From assembly GCA_002390205.1 (NCBI GenBank), contig DGOV01000069.1:8836-72835 (forward strand): a DNA stretch of 64,000 nucleotides, read 5' to 3'. Below are positions 49,692 through 58,245 of this stretch, piece by piece (within the stretch, counting starts at the first letter, position 1; every line of letters begins with the position of its first letter). The notes under the pieces are model-generated. The model saw only the letters and a program-made list of their open reading frames with translations, did no database searches and was not told where the DNA came from. The position numbers and the translations under genes were made by a program. Source of the DNA: Proteobacteria bacterium UBA4457. Lineage in GTDB: Bacteria > Pseudomonadota > Gammaproteobacteria > Ga0077536.

Positions 49692-50147
49692 CTATGTCTG
49701 CAGCGATAAGGTGCTGGACAGGACAAATAAAATGGAAGCATTTACTATGAACGTCAGTCTTCCTCGAAGTTGTAGGTGCCAGGTTGGTAGATAATGATTC
49801 CGTCCTACTACACGATCAAAAAAATATTGCAATGTGAAGGCTATAAACAGAGAAAATAAAACTAATCTCGTCCCGTTGAAAAGAAGAGCTGCCCACCCGA
49901 CCAGTGATGGGGTGAGTGAAATAAGAAGTATTTTAGTATCATCAGCGTTTTTTGGGTCATTCATAGTAATCCCCCAGTTAATACCACCTAGAAAGCTCAG
50001 AATGACCGCAGAATAGGAAATAAAAGCAAATAAAAGCGGTGGCTCTGAATTTACACTACATCCGACTGCTAAAGCTACAAATGGTAGTGCTCCAGCGTAA
50101 CCTAAGTATTCGACTAGGCGCTTTCTTTTGAGATTTTCTGACATCAT
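49692..50147 (-). CDS. DUF3429-like four-TM membrane protein
   Basis: 151 aa. LGYAGALPF and YSAVILSFLGGINWG resemble the DUF3429 family as I remember it. It is the last gene of the fba-adh-LLM unit. Confidence 0.5.
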   Translation of the reverse strand: MMSENLKRKRLVEYLGYAGALPFVALAVGCSVNSEPPLLFAFISYSAVILSFLGGINWGITMNDPKNADDTKILLISLTPSLVGWAALLFNGTRLVLFSLFIAFTLQYFFDRVVGRNHYLPTWHLQLRGRLTFIVNASILFVLSSTLSLQT

Positions 50148-50150
50148 CTT

Positions 50151-50984
50151 TTACGACTCTAATAACAAACGTTCTCTTAAGGATGCAATCGAGTCAAGCT
50201 CAGCTAATAGGTCATCTCTATCAGCATTTGATATAAAATATACAAAGTGCTGATACCCCTGCAGGATTGCTGATCTTACCTCTTCTAGATCCATCGGCGC
50301 TCCCATCATAACGAGCGTGATTTCACTGACGGGTCTGCCAATTTTTTGGCATGCCATTTTTAGTGCTTTTACGGCATCACCTTTGAACAATTCTCTGCGA
50401 TTTAACCACCCATCCGCGTAGGCGGCTACTCTGTCTGGGACATGTTTCGAATTAGAGCCTATCCAGACAGGCGTATTAAATACCTGAATTTTATCCTCTC
50501 TGATATTTTGCTCTGTATTCATGGCTGCCCAGTATTCTCTCATTTGTAGCGTACGTTCCTTCACGATGTCCCATCGTCTCTGGAATTCAGAGCCATGGTT
50601 TTCCATCGCTTCCGCGACAAAGCCCCCGGCTACGCCTATAACACAACGATGATTACTAATGCTTTCTAGAGAGGCAATTGCCATAGCAGTTGTTTCAGGA
50701 TCTCTCTGTGTTAGGAGACAAACGCTGGTACCTAGCTTAATTCTTTTCGTAACGGCTGCACACGAAGCTAGAGTGATGAAAGGATCGTAAAATTTCGCTA
50801 GTTTTTCGATGCCGTCAAATTTCCTGAGAGTGCGGGACCTATTGAGAGGGACGTGACTATTCTCAGGAAGGAAAAATCCTTTAAAGTTCCTATCTTCTGC
50901 CTCAGCTGCAACCTTGTGTGGAGGGAATATACTGTTATGGTTGGTAAGACATATCGAAAAATCAGCCATTACACGACCATTCAT
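50151..50984 (-). CDS. luciferase-like monooxygenase (LLM) class flavin/F420-type oxidoreductase
   Basis: About 272-277 aa with the TIM-barrel LLM pattern (KLGTSVCLLTQRDP, the IGVAGG region). Confidence 0.7.
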   Translation of the reverse strand: MNGRVMADFSICLTNHNSIFPPHKVAAEAEDRNFKGFFLPENSHVPLNRSRTLRKFDGIEKLAKFYDPFITLASCAAVTKRIKLGTSVCLLTQRDPETTAMAIASLESISNHRCVIGVAGGFVAEAMENHGSEFQRRWDIVKERTLQMREYWAAMNTEQNIREDKIQVFNTPVWIGSNSKHVPDRVAAYADGWLNRRELFKGDAVKALKMACQKIGRPVSEITLVMMGAPMDLEEVRSAILQGYQHFVYFISNADRDDLLAELDSIASLRERLLLES

Positions 50985-51013
50985 ATTGAAAGGTAGTTTT
51001 GATCGGCGTCCAG

Positions 51014-52141
51014 CTAATCAAAAGTAATTAACTGCCGGATCGTATCCCCTGAAGCCAGTTTATCAAATCCTTCATTGACTTGATCTAGAGTGATTTTTTC
51101 GCTCATCAACGAATCAACAGGGAGTAATCCAGACTCAAACAACTCAATATAGCGGGGGATATCACGTTTGGGTACACAACTTCCAAGGTAACTTCCTTTT
51201 ATCGTGCGCTCTTCAGCCACAAGATTCAGATGTTGGATCGAAAAATGACTTTTAGGATCAGAGAGTCCACTCGAGCAAGTCGTCCCTCCACGCTTCGTCA
51301 AGTTATAGGCGAGCTGCATGGCTTTTTCGGAGCCCACGCACTCAAAGGCATAGTCACCACCTCCGTTGGTCACTTTCTTCACTTTATCGACTATGTCGGG
51401 ATCGTCGGCTTTAAACACGAAGTCGCAACCAAGTTTCTTAGCAAGCTCGAGTTTCGAGTCTAATAGGTCGACACCGATTGTTTTTCTAGCACCCGAGGCA
51501 ATAGCGCCGAGTAGAGCTGCAAGGCCAGTTCCTCCTAGCCCTACTACTACTCCGCTAGCTCCCATTTCCATTTTTGCCGTATTGACAACGGCGCCGACAC
51601 CTGTGATAACTGCGCAACCAAATAAAGCTGCCTGATCGAGTGGGAGATCTTTATGCACTTTAACAAGAGAACACTGAGAGACAACAGCATATTCTGCAAA
51701 GCACGAAACGCCTACATGATGGGTTACATTCTCTCCATTCAAGCTGATTCTCTGTCCACCACCTAACAGAGTGCCCGCAACGTTGGCTTTAGCTCCAGGT
51801 TCGCAAAGTGCAGGGCGGCCCTCGCCGCAGGGAACGCAAGTGCCACAGCTGGGTACGAATACGAAAACTACATGATCTCCCGGTGTCAATTCAGTTATGC
51901 CTGGCCCGACCTCTTCGACTATGCCTGCGGCTTCATGGCCTATCACCATTGGAAGTGGGCGTGGCCTAGATCCATTCAAAACAGAAAGGTCGGAGTGGCA
52001 TAAGCCAGCGGCGACTACCTTCACTAGGACTTCGCCGTCTCCAGGAGGAGCTAAGTCAATCTCTTCGACTCGAATAGGTTTGGATTGGCTGTAAGGGGCT
52101 GGTGCACCAATGGTACGCAAAACTGCGGCACGACATTTCAT
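51014..52141 (-). CDS. zinc-dependent medium-chain alcohol dehydrogenase
   Basis: It has the catalytic Zn signature [12 protein letters not shown], the structural Zn cysteines [15 protein letters not shown] and the Rossmann GLGGTGLAA. Confidence 0.9.
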   Translation of the reverse strand: MKCRAAVLRTIGAPAPYSQSKPIRVEEIDLAPPGDGEVLVKVVAAGLCHSDLSVLNGSRPRPLPMVIGHEAAGIVEEVGPGITELTPGDHVVFVFVPSCGTCVPCGEGRPALCEPGAKANVAGTLLGGGQRISLNGENVTHHVGVSCFAEYAVVSQCSLVKVHKDLPLDQAALFGCAVITGVGAVVNTAKMEMGASGVVVGLGGTGLAALLGAIASGARKTIGVDLLDSKLELAKKLGCDFVFKADDPDIVDKVKKVTNGGGDYAFECVGSEKAMQLAYNLTKRGGTTCSSGLSDPKSHFSIQHLNLVAEERTIKGSYLGSCVPKRDIPRYIELFESGLLPVDSLMSEKITLDQVNEGFDKLASGDTIRQLITFD

Positions 52142-52177
52142 TTAAATTTCCAATTAGATTTTTTGATTAAACAGATA

Positions 52178-53071
52178 TTAAGTTTTTGACGCTTCAAAGA
52201 TGCTTTCAACAGATTGCTGTATTAACTGGTTGAACTCTTGTTCTTCTTGCTGAGCATAAAGGCCTTCCGTGAGTGCACGATTGAAACTAGCAATTACACC
52301 AAAGTTACGACTTAACCTTCTATTCGCCTCCTCTCGTGGATAGCCTCCTGATAGTGCTACCACTCTTACTACATTGTGGTGTTTCGTTAGTTCGCTATAA
52401 AAGTTATCTTCCTCCGGGAGCGTCAGTTTCAGCATTACATGTTGTTCCGCACTTAGTGCATCGAGCTCACGTAAAATTTCGGTTTTGAGAATAATTTCTA
52501 TATTACTTTTTGAAGATGAAGTTATATCAACTTCGGGCTCGATAATAGGCACAAGACCTGCGGCAATTATTTTTTTTGCAACTTCAAATTGCTGTGCCAC
52601 CACTTCTTTTATGGCATCTACAGCATCAGTTTTAATTAATGATCTCATTTTAGTACCAAAGATCCCTTTAGATTTCGCTTTTGTTAAAAGGGTGTCGAGG
52701 TTTGGCATAGGTTTCATCTTTTGGGAGCCATTAATTTCATCCGCGAGTCCCTGATCAATCTTTAGTATGGGAATAACGTTTTTTTCTTCCCAAAGATATT
52801 CAGCTGTAGTTTTATCCTCAATATCTCTATCCATCGTGTTTTCGAACAGAATGGCCGCCAGAATGTGCTTGCCAGAAAAAGCGGGCGATTTTATAATTCG
52901 AGAACGCATTTTGTGAACGGTAGCGAACATTTCTTGTTCGCCAGACCAACTATCATCTGATATCCCGTATATTTTTAGTGTCTTGGGTGTGCTGCCGCCG
53001 CTTTGATCAAGAGCTGCGATAAAACCGCTTTGGGTTTTCATCTTTTCAAGTTGTTGTTCGAATATGCTCAC
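52178..53071 (-). CDS. fda: class I fructose-bisphosphate aldolase (Fda type)
   Basis: It is near-colinear with the Staphylococcus-type Fda as I recall it (GFIAALDQSGGSTPK, IFGTKMRS, GLVPIIEPEV, VMLKLT.P, VVRVVALSGGY). Size is 297 aa. Confidence 0.88.
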   Translation of the reverse strand: MSIFEQQLEKMKTQSGFIAALDQSGGSTPKTLKIYGISDDSWSGEQEMFATVHKMRSRIIKSPAFSGKHILAAILFENTMDRDIEDKTTAEYLWEEKNVIPILKIDQGLADEINGSQKMKPMPNLDTLLTKAKSKGIFGTKMRSLIKTDAVDAIKEVVAQQFEVAKKIIAAGLVPIIEPEVDITSSSKSNIEIILKTEILRELDALSAEQHVMLKLTLPEEDNFYSELTKHHNVVRVVALSGGYPREEANRRLSRNFGVIASFNRALTEGLYAQQEEQEFNQLIQQSVESIFEASKT

Positions 53072-53418
53072 AGTATTCCTCTGATTTTGAATAATTGTTA
53101 CTTAAGACCTTATACATTCTATATTAAATTAAAATTAATTCCTTTAGATTGGAAAAAATGACAGTGTTTTCGATAAGAAGGTGTGGGGATGCCACTTCGT
53201 CATGCAATTGACGAAAATAGTTCTATGTTAAGTATGTCCGGCATAAAGTAAAAGATATGCCAATATAGATTTTTGGGTTTTCCATGAATTGCAGTTATCT
53301 CGTAAAAGTTGTCGGATTTGATCTAGAGAAAAATAGGATAATTGCCGAGAAATATCGAGAAATTGCATCAATTGATAGGCTTACCCGGTAAGGAGAAAAA
53401 TCAGTGGAATCTTGAAAT

Positions 53419-54234
53419 GTGCTAAACTGCTTTTTTAGTTTTTTCGAGTTCGACGTGGAAAGTACATTAACCTGGGTTCTGTTTTTTTGTTTTAGTGGTG
53501 CCGTGCTTAGTATTTCGGCTGCTGGCACTTACTTGCTCCTCCCTCAGAAAATTCGCGATAGCTCGCTTGATTATCTGCTTTGCTTCGCTATCGGGATGCT
53601 CTTAGGCGCAGGCTTTCTTCATCTGCTGCCTGAAGCTATAGAACAAGTCGAAGGTGGGACAGAAGGCATTATGCGCGCTGCCCTTACGGCAATTTTGGCT
53701 TTTTTTCTGTTAGAGAAAGGTTTGATATGGAGACATCACCACCATCATCCTGAAGGGCAACAGTGCTTGACACCGGAAGTGGACAACGGCGATCGGCATG
53801 CCGGAACACTTATTTTGATAGGTGATTCAGTGCATAATTTTCTCGACGGCGTCCTGATTGCGTCGGCATTCCTTGCCGATTTTTCTCTAGGTGTCGTCAC
53901 GGCTTTAGCGGTTATCGCCCATGAGATCCCACAGGAGCTTGGCGACTTTGCTATTTTGATAAGAAGTGGCTACTCGAGAAAGCGTGCTCTTATCCTAAAT
54001 CTACTTAGTTCATCTGCCATGGTTGTGGGCGCGAGTATAGCTTGGTATTGGCTCGGCGAATTTACTGAGTATATCCCTTACTTGCTTACTTTCACCGCGG
54101 CCAGCTTCATCTATGTGGCGGTGTCAGATTTAATGCCGGCTCTTAATGCCAAAGTAGGGTTGCGCGCGACCACGGTACAACTGCTATTGATTGGTCTTGG
54201 CCTGGCATTTAATAGTATGGTTCATCTCCACTAG
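53419..54234 (+). CDS. ZIP-family divalent metal (zinc) transporter
   Basis: It has the HEIPQELGDFAIL signature helix and a His-rich loop RHHHHHPEG, with about 8 TM helices. The exact start is uncertain. Confidence 0.85.
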   Translation: MLNCFFSFFEFDVESTLTWVLFFCFSGAVLSISAAGTYLLLPQKIRDSSLDYLLCFAIGMLLGAGFLHLLPEAIEQVEGGTEGIMRAALTAILAFFLLEKGLIWRHHHHHPEGQQCLTPEVDNGDRHAGTLILIGDSVHNFLDGVLIASAFLADFSLGVVTALAVIAHEIPQELGDFAILIRSGYSRKRALILNLLSSSAMVVGASIAWYWLGEFTEYIPYLLTFTAASFIYVAVSDLMPALNAKVGLRATTVQLLLIGLGLAFNSMVHLH

Positions 54235-54284
54235 ATAAGGATTCCCTGAGGCTAAAATATAGCTTTTTCGTCGTGAGTTTTACC

Positions 54285-55562
54285 CTAGGAATTATTCTTT
54301 TTCTGGCGATAAAAATAAAGAGTAATACAGATTGCAGGGATCCCCATTCCTGAGGCATATAGAAAAAAAACAAAATAACCGACGCTATCGACGACAAATC
54401 CAGACATTCCAGCAATAATTTTTGCTGGGACAGTAGCAACTAAAAAAAGAAGCGCATACTGAGTCGCCGTAAATTTTTCATGGGTTAGTGATGATAAATA
54501 TGCAACGAGAGCTGTGGCGGCCAATCCTTGTGCTAGATTGTCGCAAGCGATAACTGCAGCGAGTAGGTTGACATTTGCGCCCACTAGCGAAAGGAAGGCA
54601 AATGCAAGATTGCTGGAAGCTACAAAAATGGCTCCCAATAGTAAACCAGCCATTATTCCGTAACGGAAGAGAATAATACCACCCAAAAAGCCACCAATTA
54701 TCGTCACTGCTATGCCAAAAGTATTGGTAACGATCGCTATCTCATCTTTAGTAAACCCTATCTCTTGGTAGAATGGCATGGCCATTGTTCCCATGATTAT
54801 GTCACTAAATTTATAAGTCGTAATCAGTAATATAATCAGAACAAGATGCTTCTTGTAACGAGAAGCTAGATCTGTGAAAGGTTCAAGATAAGCTTCCTGA
54901 AACCACGCTTTCGGGGTTTCGAGAATATCTTTTTGATCTCTCGGGAAGCTTTTCGGTTCGGGAATTAAATAAATAGTAGGCACTACTAGAAATACCATAA
55001 AGACAGATATTGCAAGGTAAGCTGACGACCAACCAAGTGCACCGGCGATGAAAAACGTAGCTACTTGCGAAATCAAAAATGCGATTCGATAACCTCCTAT
55101 ATACATCGCAGCTCCATTGCCTTGGTCCGAATCTTCAAGCAGCTCAATGCGCATTGCATCGATACAGATGTCTTGTGTGGCAGAAGTGAAACCTACTGCT
55201 AAGGCAAATATGACTAACCAGCGTAATGACTCGGCAGGGTCGGAGAGACCTAGACCAAGTAAGGACATCGCAATTAGAAACTGGCTAAATACCAACCAAC
55301 TTCTTCGTTGACCTAGCCAGCTACCCAAGATGGGTAATTTAAGTCGATCGATGAATGGAGCCCAGACCGCTTTAAAAGAGTAGGTTAGAGTTACAAATGA
55401 GATGAGTCCGATTGCGCCGCGCTGGATTTTTGATTCCGATAACCAGAAATTTAGGGGATCGATCAGCATCCCAAACGGTAAGCCAGATGCAAAGCCTAAG
55501 AAGAGAACGCAAAGCATCCTTTTCTGGAAATAAGTGCTAAGCGTTTCTCTCCAGTTTTTCAA
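54285..55562 (-). CDS. ampG: AmpG-family MFS permease
   Basis: It is colinear with E. coli AmpG over the N-terminal half (LGFASGLPF, FKAVWAPFIDR, QRRSWL, ATQDI.IDA). It has 12 or more TM helices. The start lies 2 nt after the amidase stop. Confidence 0.8.
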   Translation of the reverse strand: MKNWRETLSTYFQKRMLCVLFLGFASGLPFGMLIDPLNFWLSESKIQRGAIGLISFVTLTYSFKAVWAPFIDRLKLPILGSWLGQRRSWLVFSQFLIAMSLLGLGLSDPAESLRWLVIFALAVGFTSATQDICIDAMRIELLEDSDQGNGAAMYIGGYRIAFLISQVATFFIAGALGWSSAYLAISVFMVFLVVPTIYLIPEPKSFPRDQKDILETPKAWFQEAYLEPFTDLASRYKKHLVLIILLITTYKFSDIIMGTMAMPFYQEIGFTKDEIAIVTNTFGIAVTIIGGFLGGIILFRYGIMAGLLLGAIFVASSNLAFAFLSLVGANVNLLAAVIACDNLAQGLAATALVAYLSSLTHEKFTATQYALLFLVATVPAKIIAGMSGFVVDSVGYFVFFLYASGMGIPAICITLYFYRQKKNNS

Positions 55563-55564
55563 GG

Positions 55565-57088
55565 TTAGCTGTCCAGCTTTTCAAAGGCTTGAGCGGCTCG
55601 GAGTACTGTATCATCTTCGCCCATTCTGCCGGTGATCATCATTCCTATCGGGAGTCCTCCAGAAGTTCCGATCGGGATACTCATTGAAGGGTGTCCGGTT
55701 GAGTCGAAGGGACAAGTATTGGTCAGCATATCCAATGCGTTTCCTAGAATAGTAGCTGGAGTAGCATCGGCTGGCGGAATAAGGTGCGCTTTCATAGGTG
55801 TTGTGGGCATTATAATTAAGTCATGCTCCTTAAATACCTGGTCGTAGCTTTCTTTTAGGAGACGCACCAGATTTTGAGCTTTGGCCGAGTAGTAATTTCC
55901 ATAACGGGCTCTCATAATATGGCCAAATAGTAGGACAGTTTTCACCGTGACGGGCATTTTATCAGCGCGTTCTTTCCTGGCATTTTGATAAAACTCAATG
56001 GCATTTGGAGATTTATAGCCGCTTCCAGCAGGACCAAAAGGTCCGTTATCTGAAAACGTGGATAGTGTCCCATCCAGGATGCTTGTCATCATAATAGCAC
56101 CGCCCTGCAAGTGCATCGGAATAGAAATATTTTCTACTTGGGCACCTAGCTGCCTCAACTCTTCCGAAGATCGTTTGACTTCGTCATCAACATCAGCCTC
56201 TGAACTTGGGGTACCGAAGCCTTCCTCTACAATTCCTATTTTTAAGCCTTTAATACCTAAGTCAAGATTTTTGGTGAAACTTTGGGGTTCCCGAGAGCTG
56301 TTCTGACGAGGATCGCGACCATCATCGTAGCCTGCTATTACCTCAAGTAGTAGGGCGCAATCTTCAGTTGAAGCAGACATCGGACCAAGATGATCAACGC
56401 TTTCTTCTATGCCGCCAGCACCAGTATATGGAACCAGGCCATAAGTTGGTTTGATCCCATAGCAGCCAGAAAAAGATGCTGGCATTCTGACTGATCCTCC
56501 CTGGTCACTCCCGACACCCATATCACAATGTCCTCCTACAATCAGAGCTGCACAGCCGCTCGATGACCCTCCTGTCATATGTTTTTCATTGTGAGGGTTG
56601 CGGACAGGGCCGGTTGCTGAGGTGTGGCTACCCCCGGAGAAGCAAAAATTCTCGCAGACAGCTTTTCCGAGGATCTCACCACCTTCATCTAGGATTCGTG
56701 TAACGATAGTTGCATCTTCATCAGGGATGAATCCCTCATAAACATCTGAGCCATTCATCATAGGGACGTCCGCAACGCTGATATTATCCTTAATAACAAT
56801 CGTTTTACCTTTCAGCTTTCCCTCACTTGCACCTTTAATAATGCACTTTTGGTACCAAGCGTTATAAGGATTATCTTTCTGAGTGGGGCGTGTGACTTTC
56901 CCACGCGGATACTTTCGGTCGTTAAGTGGTTGCTTGAAGTTGTTGACAAAATTTACGTCTCTAAGCAGACCTCCCATAAACTCGCTATACATCTGTAGCT
57001 CGTCTTCTTGCATAGTGAAATATAGATCTTTAGCTGCTTTTTGCATTTCTTCTTTTGTTGGTTGATTTACTTCCTGTCTTTTTTTCAT
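55565..57088 (-). CDS. amidase-signature (AS) family amidase
   Basis: It has the Gly/Ser-rich signature GGSSSGCAA and the catalytic Lys context IKDNISV. Size is 507 aa. Confidence 0.9.
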   Translation of the reverse strand: MKKRQEVNQPTKEEMQKAAKDLYFTMQEDELQMYSEFMGGLLRDVNFVNNFKQPLNDRKYPRGKVTRPTQKDNPYNAWYQKCIIKGASEGKLKGKTIVIKDNISVADVPMMNGSDVYEGFIPDEDATIVTRILDEGGEILGKAVCENFCFSGGSHTSATGPVRNPHNEKHMTGGSSSGCAALIVGGHCDMGVGSDQGGSVRMPASFSGCYGIKPTYGLVPYTGAGGIEESVDHLGPMSASTEDCALLLEVIAGYDDGRDPRQNSSREPQSFTKNLDLGIKGLKIGIVEEGFGTPSSEADVDDEVKRSSEELRQLGAQVENISIPMHLQGGAIMMTSILDGTLSTFSDNGPFGPAGSGYKSPNAIEFYQNARKERADKMPVTVKTVLLFGHIMRARYGNYYSAKAQNLVRLLKESYDQVFKEHDLIIMPTTPMKAHLIPPADATPATILGNALDMLTNTCPFDSTGHPSMSIPIGTSGGLPIGMMITGRMGEDDTVLRAAQAFEKLDS

Positions 57089-57132
57089 ATGATCTCCTCA
57101 AGCTAGTGTAAAAATAATTCGGGTCATGTTGC

Positions 57133-58245
57133 CTAGTGGATTCTAGGACCTTTCCACAGATCGCGCCGATCGACTGACTTTACAGTAATATTGTGGTTTG
57201 TGTTGTCTCGCTTGACCAGCATCGGTATGTCGCATCCAGCCGTTCCTAGGGACCAGAGATGCTTGAAGAAACTAGGCAGATCAGAAGATATGATGCCTGA
57301 CACTTCCAAAATAATGTCACCTGTGAGCAAGCCTTGCTGTGCCGCCGGTCCATTATTGTAGAGCCCTACAACTTCAAAATATCTATCAAGTTGAGAAACA
57401 AACATGCCTAGCCAAGGGCGGCTGGGCTTTAAGGTGCGGCCATATAACGTTAGCTCATCCAGTATAGGTGATAGGAGTTCTGTGGGGACAATGAGGTTGC
57501 CTTCTTTATTATTTTCCTCGGTTTTTATTTGATTTAGATAGAGAGAGCCTATACCACATAGTTGCCCTTGATCATCAATCAGCGCTGCACCACCCCAGTT
57601 GGGCATCACCGGTGTCGTATAAATTGCATTTCCAATCAGATACTCCCAGTATCCTGCAAACTCTGCTCGTGCAGCAATTTCGACCTTGAGCGCTTGTCGG
57701 CTACCACCTGCAGCTGCCAGGATTGCGGTGTGACCTTTTTCAAAACAATTGGAGTCGCCTAATTTAATGGTGCTAGTGTGCAATTTACCCAGAGCTTGAA
57801 CCAAGCCGAAGCCCGTTTCGTAATCATAGGCTAATGCATGGCCCTGCACGGTGCTCCCTGAATTTGTAGTAATCCATACTTGATCTGCCTCAGCAACCAG
57901 GTAGCCAATTGTGACGATCAAGCCTGACTCAGATATCACCGCGCCATGACCTGATCTTTGTGTTCCAAGTATAGCGGCTGTAAAAGCATCCTCTGGTACA
58001 TACGACGTTAGAGATACAATGGAGTTTAATGTTCCCTCCAAGTCGAAGGTAAAATCTTTTTGTATGGGCTTAAGGTGATCTAGGCTAGACATTTGTGTTT
58101 TCTCAATCATCGTTTTGTGATGTATTTCATTCTGGTAGATTATGGCCGCCCGATCAATTTGCGAGTCAGGTAGGTGCATCAGTACTTTAACTTGTAGTGA
58201 ACGAAAGCTATAAAGTCTAGTATCGATTGATGATTTGCTCGGCAA
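57133..58245 (-). CDS. trypsin-fold (S1C/HtrA-like) plus PDZ domain protein with all three catalytic-triad positions apparently substituted
   Basis: By-eye alignment to HtrA/DegS gives three substitutions. TIGYLV aligns where the family has TNxHV (His to Tyr). ETGFGLVQ aligns where it has TDLALLK (Asp to Gly). PNWGGAAL aligns where it has GNSGGAL (Ser to Trp). The C-terminus is PDZ-like (GLLTGDIILEVSG). The start is probably an internal Met, such as 58179. Confidence 0.55.
   Translation of the reverse strand: MPSKSSIDTRLYSFRSLQVKVLMHLPDSQIDRAAIIYQNEIHHKTMIEKTQMSSLDHLKPIQKDFTFDLEGTLNSIVSLTSYVPEDAFTAAILGTQRSGHGAVISESGLIVTIGYLVAEADQVWITTNSGSTVQGHALAYDYETGFGLVQALGKLHTSTIKLGDSNCFEKGHTAILAAAGGSRQALKVEIAARAEFAGYWEYLIGNAIYTTPVMPNWGGAALIDDQGQLCGIGSLYLNQIKTEENNKEGNLIVPTELLSPILDELTLYGRTLKPSRPWLGMFVSQLDRYFEVVGLYNNGPAAQQGLLTGDIILEVSGIISSDLPSFFKHLWSLGTAGCDIPMLVKRDNTNHNITVKSVDRRDLWKGPRIH

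Noticed and set aside
53300-53418. Zur box in front of the ZIP transporter
   Set aside because: I found no AT-rich 7-1-7-type palindrome resembling the GAAATGTTATAWTATAACATTTC consensus I remember. Only the unrelated palindrome ATCAATTGAT is present.
53295-53528. 77-aa minus-strand ORF upstream of and overlapping the ZIP transporter start
   Set aside because: It overlaps the 5' end of a well-supported gene on the opposite strand, has no motif, and is likely spurious.
54209-54439. 76-aa minus-strand ORF overlapping the ampG 3' end in another frame
   Set aside because: It is nested in the AmpG-family coding frame, which has strong homology support. It is a shadow ORF.
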